Assembly: GCF_000142905.1 (NCBI RefSeq)
Contig: NW_013657623.1
Location: 70,494 to 134,493, forward strand
Direction of reading: 5' to 3'
DNA from: Thecamonas trahens ATCC 50062
Lineage: Eukaryota; Protista; Apusomonadida
DNA: 64,000 bases
A program made the translations under genes and the position numbers. The notes under the pieces were generated by a model. That model saw nothing but the letters and a program-made list of their open reading frames with translations. It searched no databases and was not told the DNA's origin. Positions 10,061 through 21,923 of the stretch are shown here, piece by piece; position 1 is the first letter of the stretch, and every line of letters begins with the position of its first letter.

Positions 10061-13000
10061 ATGGTAGAGACGGTGCTAGGCGTGGCACTCACGGGACTGG
10101 CGACTGTGTCAATTATACTCTCTGTAATTGTGGTGTATGCAGCTGTTAATGATGCACTTTTGTCAAGACTACGTGGACTACGTCAAGTTGCATTTCTGGC
10201 TGTCTTTGATGTGGCCTCCTCGCTCCAGTTTCTCTTTGTCCTCACAGACTTTACCTCGCATCGCGTCTTTTGTGTCGTCGAGGCTGTTCAGACTCAGTTC
10301 TCTTTTGTCATGTGGCTTGGTATGCATACTACCCTCTCGCTCCTTGTCCTCTTTCAAACTCGATCAGAGCACTCGTCCACAAAAACGTTGATGAACGAGT
10401 GGCTCTCTCTCGCAGGTGTAACTGCCATCGCTCTCCTCACCGTTCTCTGGATGTCGCTCCCTTGCGAGTCGGCCATCGAGGCTCTTCCCTACGCCGCAAG
10501 CCTCTGCTGGATGCGTGACGACTCAGAGTACTCGTGCCGCCTCTTGCTCTTTGATATCCCCTGCCAGTTTGCCATGGCCTGCAACGCCTACGTCCTAGTC
10601 GCTGCCGCCCGTCTCGAGGCCTCCAAGCAGCTCCCCTGGGCTCGCACTCTTCGGACCTACACCATGCTCTACTCGATTGTCTTTCTCGGCGCCTTTGCCC
10701 CGTACGTTACCTCCTTCTGGTACGTTGCCCTCACCGGCTCAACCTCGTCACAGCTCCCGCCCGCCGTCAACGCTTTCATCCTCCTCGCCTGGGCCGGCCA
10801 TGGCGCCATCAACTCGGCCGTCTTTCTTCCGCTCTGGTATGGCGTGTCGCGGACAAAGGTCCTCCTTGGTGGCTACTCTACCCTTCCGCAGGATCTCGAG
10901 ATCTCACACCTCCGCCGCCTGCAAGAGTGGGAGAAGCTCGTCCAGAGCCTCACCGGCCTGGTGACCTCAGCCTCTGGCGGCGCCCACGCCGCTCCGCACC
11001 GCGGCCTCTTCCAGCGCTACTGCCGCTCGTCCATGCTGCTTGCCAAGCCGACGAGTGCCGCGCGCCTTCAGCGCACTTCGCGCCCGACCTCGCCGATCCT
11101 GGAAGACGAGCTCGCCTCGCTCCGCGACACCTCGCTCAGCCTTGGCTCGGACGACATTGACGTCACCCATGGCGGATCCGGCGGAGGGGGCCTCTTCCCC
11201 TCCCTCGGCGCAGACGACCGTGCTGCACGCGCCCAGTACCGCTCTCTCTTCTCCTACGAACAGCTGTCAGTTGCGGGCGCAGAGTCGGTCCCTCTCCTTG
11301 GCCCACACCTCATGGTCCACCAAGGCCCGCTCTCGCTCCGCTGGGGAAGGCCGGGCGAGGGCTCGGGCGCCTCCACTCCGCGTGCCGTTCCCGGCTCCCC
11401 ACACACCCCGGCCGTCACCGCCACCGCCGGCAGCGTGCTCGCTGACGAGCGCGGTAGCCTGTATGCGACGAGCTCGCCCGGTCGCGCCTCTCTGGCAGCC
11501 TCGGCGCCCACCCTCTTCTCCACTCTTTTCCGCACAAGCTCCGCCGCCTCGCCCATCGCCGGCTCGGGCTCCGCGAGCGGCGTCTCGTCGTCGGCCGGCT
11601 CGGGCCTCGGCTCCAAAAAGTTCAAGCCGTACCTGTTCCGCCTTGCCGGTGAGACGCTCTACTACTACCTCCCCCGCGCTGCGCCCGACGGCGAGACCCT
11701 CCGCCCAGCCTCGCTCTTCCGCACCGTCCGTGGCATGGAGCCGGCCGCCCTCACCTCGATGATCAAGGCCACCGACTTTGCTGGCGCCATCCCACTCGCT
11801 GGGGCCACCATTGTGGCTAGCTGGCGGCGCGGGAGCGACTCGTGCGACGACGATGATGACGAGGCCGCGCAAGGCTGGCCAGGTTCGGGGAGCACAAGTC
11901 AAGCCGACGCTGCCGGCGCATACATCATTCGTATTCTGCAAGAAGGCCAGATCTTTGAGCTCCGCGCAGACACACTCGACGAGGCCGAGGTCTGGCTGGC
12001 CAAGTTGCAGGAGCTCGATCCGGGCGGTGTGCGCCATGTCGAGGTCGTCTCCGAGGGTGGGACACCGATGCTTGAGCTCGGCGGGCCGACTTGCTCCGTC
12101 TGCATTGCCCGCTACCCGCTCGGCGCCCGCCGGGCAGCGACCTGGATGCGCTCGCGTGACGACGCCGTCTTTGTTGCCGGCTACCTCGACCACATGCGCC
12201 TTTCGCTTGCCGCCAACAACGAGGTTGCGGCCCGGCTTGCCGCCGTCCCCTCCATGTACCCCGTCGCCTTCTCGCCGTCCACCTTTCTCCTCGAGGTTAT
12301 CGGCCTCCACACGGTCAACGCCATTGGCTATGTCGTCCAAGAGTCGCTGCCACTGCAGGTCAGCGCCATGCTGGGCATCTTTGGCCTTGAGGGCTTTCTT
12401 GAGGAATTTGTCATGCACCCGCGCCGCGGCTGGGGCTCGCACGGCTACGGCGCGCGCAACTACGTCGCGCTCTCGCTCGCAGACCTGGAGACGCTGCGGA
12501 AGGACTCGGCTCTGCTCGCCTCGTTTGGCCTCACCGGCTACGCCGTCCAAGTCAGCGTCGTCTTTGTCTCGGGCTGGTCCCGCCTTGATTCCTTCACCCG
12601 GGCCACCGTCGCCGCCCAGTTTGCCCGACTCCGGGCCATTCCGCAGTCGTTTGACGTTGGCAAGTTTGTCCTTCTCCGCATCATCGACTTTGTGCCGGGC
12701 GTCGCCGCACCGTCATCGTGGAGCGGCCTCTGCGGCGCCCGCTTTGAGCGCGGTTCTACCGCCTCGGGCTACCAGGAGCTGTTCATGAACAAGGTCGCGC
12801 TCGAGCTGCAATCACCGCAGTCGCGCATGGCCAACTCTATGGCCTCTGCTGCGAGCACTTCGTTCTACGTCGCCCAGCCGGCGCACCCAAGCCCCTCCGC
12901 TGGCCTTGTGCGCACCATTTCGGGCTCGTCGACCACCTCGTCTGTCTCTTCCTTCTCGCCCGTCAAGTCGTTTGTTGCCCGCGAGACCACGCCGCTGCTC

Positions 13001-14703
13001 GGCGACGAGCGCTCGTCGCAGACGCTCTCGGCTCTGGCCGCCCTTAGTGGCGTCGCCCAGCCGCGGACCGTCGTTGACTTTCTTTCCCGACCGGGCTCGA
13101 CCGTGAGCGAGTACGAGAGTGCTCAGCCGGCGAGCCGGCTCACCTTTGGCAACACCTCGCTCAACGGCTCACTGCCAACCATTGCGCCTGCCGTCCGCGG
13201 CGACGGAAGTGATCGGAGCAGCGGGAGCGAGGGACGGGTGAGCAACCGCGGTCTCGCACTGGCTCTCGTTTGGGTCCTCTTTGCCGCCTTCCTCGTTGGC
13301 TCGCTCTATGCCTTTCCGCTCTACGTCGCAGACCTGCGCGCCTTCCACAGGCTCGACGGCAACTCGGACGCCCTCGTCATTGCCGCGCTTTACATCTTTG
13401 GCTTTTACTTTGCCCTGCCTACCGGCTACCTCTATCGTGTGGCCGGCATCCGCGGCGGGCTCCTCGGCTCGAGTGGCCTCGTCGTCACTGGCTACGCCCT
13501 ACTCTATGCTGACCAGCGGGATGTTGTGCGGATGACAGCAGCGTGGCAGCTCGGCCTCTGCTTTGTTGTGGTTGGCATGGGCTCCAACGGTGTTGTCATC
13601 GGCGCCGTTGCCGCCCTCCTCAACGCGCTGCCTCTCTCGGCGGCGCTCGCTGCAGGCACTCTCTATGCTGGCACTGCCATGGGCGCGCTCGGGGCGGGTG
13701 CGCTCTACACCCACACCTTTGACCGGTCGCTCGAGTATCTGTTCTTGGCGGAGCTCCTCTCTGGCGCAGTGCTCATTGTAGGGAGTTTTTCCTTGTGCCG
13801 CGCGCCCGCGGATGGGATGGCGTCTTCGCCGCCGCCTCGGGCGCCCGTCTCCAGGCCATCCTGCGATACTCCAAGTCGTCGCCGTGGCTTGTTTCTGAGA
13901 TCTTCTCCACCTCGGCGAGTAGTGCGAACGCCCAGGATGGCCGGGGCGAGGGCATCGAGGCCGGAGGAAGCATGGAGGAGCACCAGGCGTCGGCCCTCAT
14001 TGCTGCCGCTCTGGACCATATGGATCATGCGCTTACCGGCCTCTCGCTCTTTGTCCATCCGGAGTTTGTCCTCCTTGGCGTTGTCGTCTCGCTCGTCCAG
14101 GGCACGTCTGAGCTTGTCTCGTCGTACATTGTCAATCTGGAGGACCGGGCTGCACCGTCGCAGATCTACATGCGGTTCCTGGTCATCTTTGTCGGGCGTG
14201 CCATCGGCTCGTTCCTCATGGGCTCGGGCTGCACCCTCTTCACTCCGCGGAGCACCCCTGTTCGCTACTCGAAGCCGTACTCGTACTGGCTGGTTGGTGC
14301 CTGCCTCCTCGTCTCGATGTCGCACATTCTGCTCACCCGCGACGATCCGTCGCTCATCGAGTTTGGCCTCCTCGCCGCCGGCCTCCTCTACGGTGGCCTC
14401 GACGTCACCTTTTTGCTGCTCTTGCAAAAGTTCTTTGGCGCCGCCAACATTGCCCTGAACTACGCCTCACTCACCTCGGTCCAGGCTGCTGGCTCGCTGC
14501 TCCTGCAGGTGTACGCGCAGCGGGAGATCAACTCGAGCTGCTACGGGGCCAAGTGCTTCACTAACCTCTTCCTCATCGCCTCCACCTGCTGCTTTATGGG
14601 CGCCGGCTTTGGGCTGCTCCTGTGGCGCCTGCGCGCCCGGGATCGGTTGCGGCGGTCAAAGGTCTCTCGCACCGTGGCGGCAGCCACAGTCGGGATGCAG
14701 TAG
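10061..14703 (+). CDS. Fusion: CAR/Git3-like 7TM receptor + PH domain + degenerate PIP-kinase domain + MFS/nodulin-like transporter; one-base frameshift at 13786-13790
   Basis: 7 hydrophobic helices in aa 1-260 (LAVFD, FCVVEA, CW, GAINSAVF). PH motifs KKFKPYLFRL..LYYY..GAIPL..FELRADTLDEAEVWLAKL. PIPK-like LRKDSALLAS / RIIDF / YQELFM. About 12 TMs from 13250; one extra T in TTTTT joins the 13795-14703 frame. Confidence 0.8.
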
Positions 14704-14808
14704 TCGCCAAAAATCGTTAGCAAAGCGCAAGCATCACGCCCGGTGTGGTATGGGTATGGGAAGGGGAGGAGTAAACAAGAGCAACGGGCCATGCACCAAG
14801 GCTTGACC

Positions 14809-15585
14809 TCACCGACCCTTGAGAAAGAACCGAGATGCCCCGTCTGCGGCCTTGTAGTGGACCACCCTACCGACGACGCCGCTCGCTTCTGGGGCGGCGG
14901 CCACAGCGATGCTCCCATGCACCTCGCGCGAGTAACCTGTTGCAAGAGGCGCAACCGTGAGGACGTAGTCTGACCGCAGCACGGCGAGATCCATGGCCAA
15001 AGTCGCCGTTCCAGAAGTCGCAGTGACAACCAGACACCGAGCTCTCCCGCCTCGGCCACCATCGTCACCAGCACTCCACTCGTGGAGGCGGGCGAAGAGG
15101 CCGAGGACCTCCGCATCGTCGTATCCGACACCATACACTAGAGCATCGAGGCCCTCGACCACGACCAGGGCCGGATCAAAGGCTATCACCCGCTCAGCCA
15201 CGAGTTCTAGCGATTCTCTCTCCGAAGGCGAGCCACCTGGAGCCAGACCCGTCACCATGGTACCCACCACATCCTCGACCATGATAGCGCCGGCCGATCT
15301 CATCGCCGCCATGTCCACGCCGATTTTAGCCCAGAGCGTGTCCAAGGTATCCCCCCCTGCCGCCGCGGTGATAACAGCAATATTCCCTCTACCATGCCCA
15401 TGCCCATCACTCTCATGACCTTGATCACCTCTGTTACCGCCCTCCCCGTGCCGAGCCACGAGGTGAGCCACCGGCAAATGACTCGGACCGCTCGCCGCAG
15501 CTTCGCCCACTACCGCCACCACTGTCGGCTCTACAAACGGACCCCGTGGCCACCCGAGTACAGCCTCGAGCTCTGCAAAGGCCAT
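14809..15585 (-). CDS. ELP6: Elongator complex protein 6
   Basis: KIGVDM, LVVVEGLDAL, VAPLATGYSREVHG, HYKAADGASRFFLKG match the ELP6 RecA-like fold and its C-terminal signature. Confidence 0.8.
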   Translation of the reverse strand: MAFAELEAVLGWPRGPFVEPTVVAVVGEAAASGPSHLPVAHLVARHGEGGNRGDQGHESDGHGHGRGNIAVITAAAGGDTLDTLWAKIGVDMAAMRSAGAIMVEDVVGTMVTGLAPGGSPSERESLELVAERVIAFDPALVVVEGLDALVYGVGYDDAEVLGLFARLHEWSAGDDGGRGGRARCLVVTATSGTATLAMDLAVLRSDYVLTVAPLATGYSREVHGSIAVAAAPEASGVVGRVVHYKAADGASRFFLKGR

Positions 15586-15926
15586 GTGGAAGAACGGCGA
15601 GGCGAGTCGCGTCTGTCGCACCCCGTCGTGTCGCCGTCTTGTGTCGCCTCTCGTCGTGTCGCCTCGTCGGTTCGTGCCGCTTTCGAACCTCGCCGAGTGG
15701 CACCCAGTTGATGGTGACGGGGATCATGATGAGGATGGGGGGGAGGGGGGGGGGATCAGATAGCGACAAACAGATCAGTACTGGAGATATACATATAAGA
15801 AAAGACTGGATGGCTTGGAATGGATGACAGTAAACCAGTAGCCCAAGCCAGCCGCCGGGAAAGCAGAGCCAGCAAACAACCACTGCGCCAGCCGATGTGC
15901 CCCGTGCCAGCCACCTGGCCACCTGG

Positions 15927-16027
15927 CCACGACCACACGACCACACGACCACACGACCACACGACCACACGACCACACGACCACACGACCACACGACCAC
16001 ACGACCACACGACCACACGACCACACC
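15927..16027 (+). repeat. (GACCACAC)n 8-mer tandem repeat, about 12 copies
   Basis: Directly visible between the divergent ELP6 and LIM-RasGEF genes. Confidence 0.9.
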
Positions 16028-16112
16028 CACCACTCCTCCTCCCCCCCCCCCCTTCCACTCCCTCACCCCCACCCCCACCCCCCCCACCCCTCCCCCCCAC
16101 CCCAGTCACACC

Positions 16113-18845
16113 ATGAGTGCAATGCCCTCCACGCCTGCCGGCCGTGTCTGCTTCGCCTGTAACACGCCTGTCCACGAAGCCGTCACCGTCACCGGCAATG
16201 GCACCGTCTGGCACCCACACTGCTTTGCATGCTCATCGTGTGGAACACATATCCAAGGTAATCCCCCCCTCCCTCCCCCCTCCTCCCCTCCCCCTCCCTC
16301 CCTCCTTCTTTTCCCCCCTTACCCACTCCCCCCCCGTTTAAAANNNNNNNNNNNNNNNNNNNNNNNNNNNNNNNNNNNNNNNNNNNNNNNNNNNNNNNNN
16401 NNNNNNNNNNNNNNNNNNNNNNNNNNNNNNNNNNNNNNNNNNNNAGCTCTCACCCCTCCCGCCATGCTTAGGCAAGTACGTCCTCGGTCCGTCGATATGC
16501 TCTGGCTCGGCAAGTGGTGATGGCGCTGTTGGTCTTGGTGGCTCTGATCCTGCTGGTCCTGCTGGTGGTGGTGGCCGCACTGCTACTGGTGGTAATGGTA
16601 CAACTCGGGCACCGATCTGTCTTGATTGTGCTCGGCTCAAGTGTGACAAGTGTGGAGAGAGTGTAGAGGCTGCTGAAGAGCACATGGAAATCGGTCAACT
16701 GGTCTTCCATCTAGACTGCTTTACCTGTACTACTTGTCATGCTCCCATTGCTGATGCTGATACCTTCTCAGGTCAGCCATCTGCTCCTCATTGCCTCTCA
16801 TGTACATCGCTCGCGGCTCCCGTGGTGGTCACCCTCCCAAGAACCTGCTCCACTTGTCAACAGCTCATCACAGACCCATCTTTCTTCTCCATCCACAACG
16901 ATGAATGGTTCTATCACTCGGACTGCATGGCCTGCGTCACGTGCGGTGTTGATGTCTCGCAAGCTTACTTTGAGCGCGACTCGCTCCTCTACTGCCGTGA
17001 ACACGCGCGTTCCGCCTTCAAGGTCCGCGGCGCCGACGAGTCGCCCGCCTCCTCGGCCTCGTCCAACTCATCCGGACGTGTGAGTGGTCCGCGCGGCTCG
17101 CTCCACCGCGCCTCTGCCTCTGTTCCTGCTTCTGATCTCGCGCCTGCGACCTCCTCGCCGCCTCCTGACGACGAGCGCCCGCCCGATGGTGCCGCCGTCA
17201 TGGCGCCGGAGCTCGTCGTCGACCAGCGGACATCCCGGGTAGAGTCGGCCGTCATAGAGCCCGGCAAGGTTGTCGCCGCTCTCCCGCTGGCCACCGAGAT
17301 CGACCAGGCCGACGCGCTCGCCTTCCTCTCCCAGCTCATGGACGAGGAAGATCTGTCGTACTACGCAAACTTGTCCAAAAAGGACATGAAGGCGAGAAAG
17401 AAGCGCCAAAAGGCCGAGGCCAAGCGCCGAAAGAAGCTCGCCAAGGAGACCGGCGCATCCCATCCCGACGCCGCCGACACGACCTCTTCGTCGCCGTCTG
17501 CCCATCCGTCCGACGCACCCGACCTCAAGTTTGATGATGGCGGTGCTGTTGTCGGCGGCTCGCCCGCTCGCCTCGTCGAGCGTCTCACCTACGAGCGCCA
17601 CCCGACCCCGACCTACATGCAGACCTTCATGCTCACGTTTCGGTCGTTCGCCACCCCGCGCGAGCTGGTCCAGCTCCTGGCCCGCCGCTTCAACACGCCC
17701 ACCCCCGCCACACTGAGTGACGAGGCCAAGCTCGAGCACTACCGCCAGACCCTCGTCCCCATCCGCCTTCGTGTCCTCAACGCCTTCAAGTTTTGGATCT
17801 CCACGCACTGGTACGACTTTGAGGCTGACGACGGCCTCTGCGACGTCGTCATCGCCTTTGCCCGCAACACGCTTGCAGCCTGCATGCCCGGCCCCGCCGC
17901 CGCTGTCGTCTCAAAGATCGAGCGCATGCGCGCGAGCGGCCGCGAGTCGGCAGTCGCTCAGCTTGCCCGCAAGCAACCCAAGCCGGTTCTCCCCAAGGTT
18001 CTCAAGGCCAACCCGGACCTGGACATCGCCGCCGCACTCGCGGCAGGCCCCGATGCCGCGCTTGCTCTCCGCGACATTCCGCCGCTTGAGCTTGCGCGTC
18101 AGCTGACCCTCATCGAAGCCGAGCTGTTTGCGCCGTTGAGCCGCGCGAGTGCGTCTCCAAGCAGTGGTCCCGTGTCGACGCCGCCGGCAACTCGGCTGCC
18201 CCAAACATCTCCGCCATCGCAGCCCGGTTCAACACTGTCTCCCGTTGGGTCGCTTCGGCCATCGTCTCCGAGCCCGAGCTCAAGAAGCGCAAGGCGCTCA
18301 TGGCCTACTTTCTCAAGGTCGCTGGCAAGTGCGCCAAGCTCAACAACTTCAACTCGACCATGGCCATCCTCGCTGGCTTCCACTCCTCGGCTGTCTACCG
18401 CCTCAAGATGTCATGGGACGGCCTGCCCAAGTCCGCCGCAAAGGCTTACGCCAAGCTCGAGGCGCTCACCAACTCGGCCTCCAACTACAAGCAACTCCGC
18501 GCTGCCCTCCGCAAGTCCAACCCACCCGCCGTCCCCTACCTCGGCATGTTCCTCACCGACTTGACATTTGTTGAGGATGGCCTCCCGGCATACATCGACG
18601 CCGCAGACGCCGCTCCTTCGCCTCGCCTCATCAACTTTACCAAGCTCCGCAAGGTCGCCACAGTCATTCGCGGCATCCAGCTCTTCCAGCACGAGCCGTA
18701 CTCATTTGTCGAAGTCCCCGCCCTCGCCCGCTTCCTCCGACACGACCTCCACCCGCTCACAGACGACGACATGTATCGCCTCTCCCTCGACATCGAGCCG
18801 CGCGGGGCCTACAAGTCCAAGTCCAAGTCCAAGTCCAAGTCATAG
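16113..18845 (+). CDS. LIM-domain RasGEF (three LIM domains, REM, CDC25); intron 16258-16471 spanning a gap; one-base frameshift near 18131
   Basis: LIM motifs CFAC..WHPHCFACSSC, CDKC..FHLDCFTCTTC, CSTC..YHSDCMACVTC. REM FMLTFRSF..RVLNAFKFW. CDC25 ELARQLTLIE, NNFNS, VPYLGMFLTDL, LINFTK. GTAATC...TTAG splicing restores the frame. Confidence 0.88.
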
Positions 18846-18943
18846 TCATGGTCATGGTCCCTAATCGTAGTCGTAGTTGTAGTTGTAGTCAGCCTGCTGA
18901 TCTCGCCCTCGGATCAAACGCCACAGCTCTCTCCCTCCCTCTC

Positions 18944-19771
18944 ATGGCCTCCGCCCTCCACACCATTGTCCTCCCGATCGTCATTGCAGCCGCCCTCGCA
19001 CTCCCCGTTGTCTACTATCTCGCCCACTACCGATCGAACCGGACCATCAACTGTGTACTCTCTGCCCCTGCCGCCGCCCTCTATGCCTCGCTCGCTCGCT
19101 ATCTCCCGCCGCTCGCCTCGGCACCGAATCCGCGCGCTGCCGCCGCCTCCGCCTCGCTCGCCGCCTCGCTCCCGCCAGCCATGCTGAATGACGTCTCATC
19201 AGCCGCAGTCTCCTACCTTCGCACTCGTGCTGCCCTTGTTGTCCTCGGCGGCTCGCTCGTCGTCCTCGCCGTTGTCAACGCCGTCATCGTCTCCGCCGCC
19301 GCCTCATCATCGACTTCGGCTCCGCTTGCTCCGGCGCCGCTGCCGTGGTGGATCGGGGCGCTCTCTGTCGGCGGCCCGCTTGTTGTGGGTGCCCTCCTCC
19401 TCACCCATGCCGCCGTCACCGTCTCACCTGCTTCCCTCGTTGCTGCTGCGTGCTACCTCCTCATGTCCTTTGCTCTCCTCGTCTACCTCTTCTCCTGCTA
19501 CGCCTCGCCGTCTCCCTGCCTCCCGCCTGACGATCCGGACTTTGACTCGTCGCCGGCCATCGCCTCGGTCACTGCTTTTCTCCTCCTCGCCACTGCCATT
19601 CCCTGCTCGCTGATTGGGCTCGGTGCTTGCGCATCGTGGCGATACTCGGCGGCTGGTGCACCCACGCTTGCCCTTCTCCAACCCACCACTCCCTCGGCCT
19701 CGCTCTCTGCTTCGCCGCCGTACTCGTACTCGTACGACTACCTTTACTCGTACTCGTCCGATTCGAGCTAG
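18944..19771 (+). CDS. Uncharacterised multi-pass membrane protein
   Basis: 275-aa ORF with about 5 hydrophobic helices and coding-like GC3, filling the space between RasGEF and FMO. Confidence 0.6.
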   Translation: MASALHTIVLPIVIAAALALPVVYYLAHYRSNRTINCVLSAPAAALYASLARYLPPLASAPNPRAAAASASLAASLPPAMLNDVSSAAVSYLRTRAALVVLGGSLVVLAVVNAVIVSAAASSSTSAPLAPAPLPWWIGALSVGGPLVVGALLLTHAAVTVSPASLVAAACYLLMSFALLVYLFSCYASPSPCLPPDDPDFDSSPAIASVTAFLLLATAIPCSLIGLGACASWRYSAAGAPTLALLQPTTPSASLSASPPYSYSYDYLYSYSSDSS

Positions 19772-19772
19772 G

Positions 19773-21230
19773 CTATGCCGTGACCCAAGAGCTGTACTCG
19801 ACGTCGCGGTAGCCTTCGGGATCGGCTGCCCGCTGCGCGGCAACGTCGTCGTAGATGGCCTTGCGGTGCGGCGACCACTCGTGTCCGGTCACGCCCGCCA
19901 CTCGGGCGCAGTATGCGTCCCACTCTTCGAGCCGGTGGGTGTACCGGGCGTGGACACCGCGGGCTGCACGTTTGCGGTCTTGTGCAGCGGCGGCCTCGGC
20001 CCTTGCCAGTGGGTCTGGCAGCGTTACCCGACCGGCCACAACAGCGGCGATCCAGCGGGCCTGGACCTCGAATAGCGGGAATGGGATGACCTTGAATGGA
20101 ATACCCACAAAGGCGAGCTTCTCGCCGAGGTGGGTATGCCAAAGGTGCTCGTAGAGTGGCTCGACTCGGGCCTCATCGATGACTGTGACACTGCTGGCGC
20201 GGTCACTGCGGCGGAGGAAGGGAAACACGTAGCGGTAACCCGTGCACACCACGACGGCATCGATCTCGGCCACAAGGCCGTCGTCGAACGCCGCCGCCCG
20301 CCCATCATCGCTGAACCCGCGGAGAACCGGCGCCTCGATGACCCCGGGAAGACGCACCGAGTCGGCGAGCTGTGCACCAGCTCCTGGCTCGCTCGCTCGC
20401 CGGTGCGAGAGGATGACTGTCTTGGCCACCGTCGCCAGCTCGCGCGCTATGTCGATGCCCGACGGCCCGGCGCCAAGGACGAGGACCCGCGATCCAGCCC
20501 AGGCCTCGGGCGACCGGTACGTGTGCGAGTGGATGACCCGTCCGCGGAACCGCTCCCACGCCACCTCGGTCGGCCACTTGGGCTCTGAGAAGTGGCCCGT
20601 CGCCACCACCAGCGCATCGACCTCGGTCTCGATCTGGGACTCAGCCTCGCCGCTCTCGCGCTTCAACGTCGTTACCCGCCACACACCAGCCTCGACATCA
20701 AACACTGCGTCCTCCACTCGGGTGCATGTCTGCACGTGCTCGAGGAGGCCAAACCGATCGGCGTAGCTCTCCAGATACGCGCCCACCTCGGTGTGATGCA
20801 TAAATGACGGTGCCTCATCCGGGAACGCCATCTCGTCAAAGGCCATAACTTCCTTGGGCAGATTCGTCCGCAGTGATGCATACAGCGCCGATCCTGCCGG
20901 CCATCCCCTCTGTCCGGCAGCAACAACAGCTGCACCTGCAGCACCCGATCCCGATGCCGATCCCAATCCCTGCACAGTGCCGGATTCCGATTCCTGCACA
21001 ATGCTCGATCCCTGCCCAGCACCAGCGGCACCAGTCCCTGTACCCGTTATGAGCTCAGTGCCCTGCCTCGCCTCGATCGGCTCCGGATCAAAGACCCACG
21101 TCCCGCCGACCTGTGGCGCCTGTTCCCAGGCGACGACCTTGACGGCAGCGCCAGTCACTTCTGGTCCAGTTAGCGCACGGACGACCGCTAGCCCTGCAGC
21201 ACCAGCTCCGATGACTCCTACACGCATCAT
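19773..21230 (-). CDS. Flavin-containing monooxygenase (FMO GS-OX-like)
   Basis: GAGAAG FAD motif, GGTW, LRTNLPKE, ATGHF, fingerprint FRGRVIHSHTY, GAGPSGIDIA NADPH motif, CTGY. Confidence 0.93.
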   Translation of the reverse strand: MMRVGVIGAGAAGLAVVRALTGPEVTGAAVKVVAWEQAPQVGGTWVFDPEPIEARQGTELITGTGTGAAGAGQGSSIVQESESGTVQGLGSASGSGAAGAAVVAAGQRGWPAGSALYASLRTNLPKEVMAFDEMAFPDEAPSFMHHTEVGAYLESYADRFGLLEHVQTCTRVEDAVFDVEAGVWRVTTLKRESGEAESQIETEVDALVVATGHFSEPKWPTEVAWERFRGRVIHSHTYRSPEAWAGSRVLVLGAGPSGIDIARELATVAKTVILSHRRASEPGAGAQLADSVRLPGVIEAPVLRGFSDDGRAAAFDDGLVAEIDAVVVCTGYRYVFPFLRRSDRASSVTVIDEARVEPLYEHLWHTHLGEKLAFVGIPFKVIPFPLFEVQARWIAAVVAGRVTLPDPLARAEAAAAQDRKRAARGVHARYTHRLEEWDAYCARVAGVTGHEWSPHRKAIYDDVAAQRAADPEGYRDVEYSSWVTA

Positions 21231-21499
21231 GACTTCTTCTGCTATGCTTCCGCTTCTGCTTCCTCCTCAGGCTCCCTCCACGCGTCTGTGAGTGAGATGG
21301 TCGCCAGGACTCGCCGCTAGCTCGCCACCCGCCACGACGATGCGACCATCAGCGACGTTGATGAGATCGCTGCGGCGGCCAACATTGAGTTCTTTCCCCT
21401 CATCACGCCAGCCAACTCGTGCTCGAACTCGTAGTGTTGGTCAGTCAGCCGGCGTTCTGTATGCCGATGTCGTGAGCATCATGCCATGATGATGTGAGT

Positions 21500-21690
21500 G
21501 GGTGATGGAGACGGTGTGGCAGTGTCGATCGGCTGCGATTGCTGGTGATGGAGACGGTTTGGTTGCCATGGGCTCGTGATGGTGATTGATGTGGTTGCCA
21601 TGTGTTGGTGATGGAGACGGGTGTGGTTGCCATGTTGGTGATGGTCACTGATCTTGCTGCCATGTGTTGGTGATGGTCATCGGCCATCAG
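21500..21690 (+). repeat. Degenerate ~30-bp tandem repeat (GGTGATGG...GTTGCCATG units)
   Basis: Recurrent ggtgatggagacgg and gttgccatgtgttggtgatgg motifs. Confidence 0.55.
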
Positions 21691-21923
21691 TTAGTGATGG
21701 CGATCGATGTGGTGGCAGTCTGGCTGTTACACCTGGTGATGCTGTTGGGTTACTCCCGGTGGTGCTCGGTCATTGAGCTCCATCACACAACAACCGCACT
21801 CAAGCCAATACTCGCCGCGCTCGTTTCGTTCAGAGTCGAAAAAGTGTCGGTCGAGGCCATGACCTTGGCGAAAGTGTTGGGGAGTTAAGAACGACGAACG
21901 GCTCTGCACCCTTCTCACAAATC

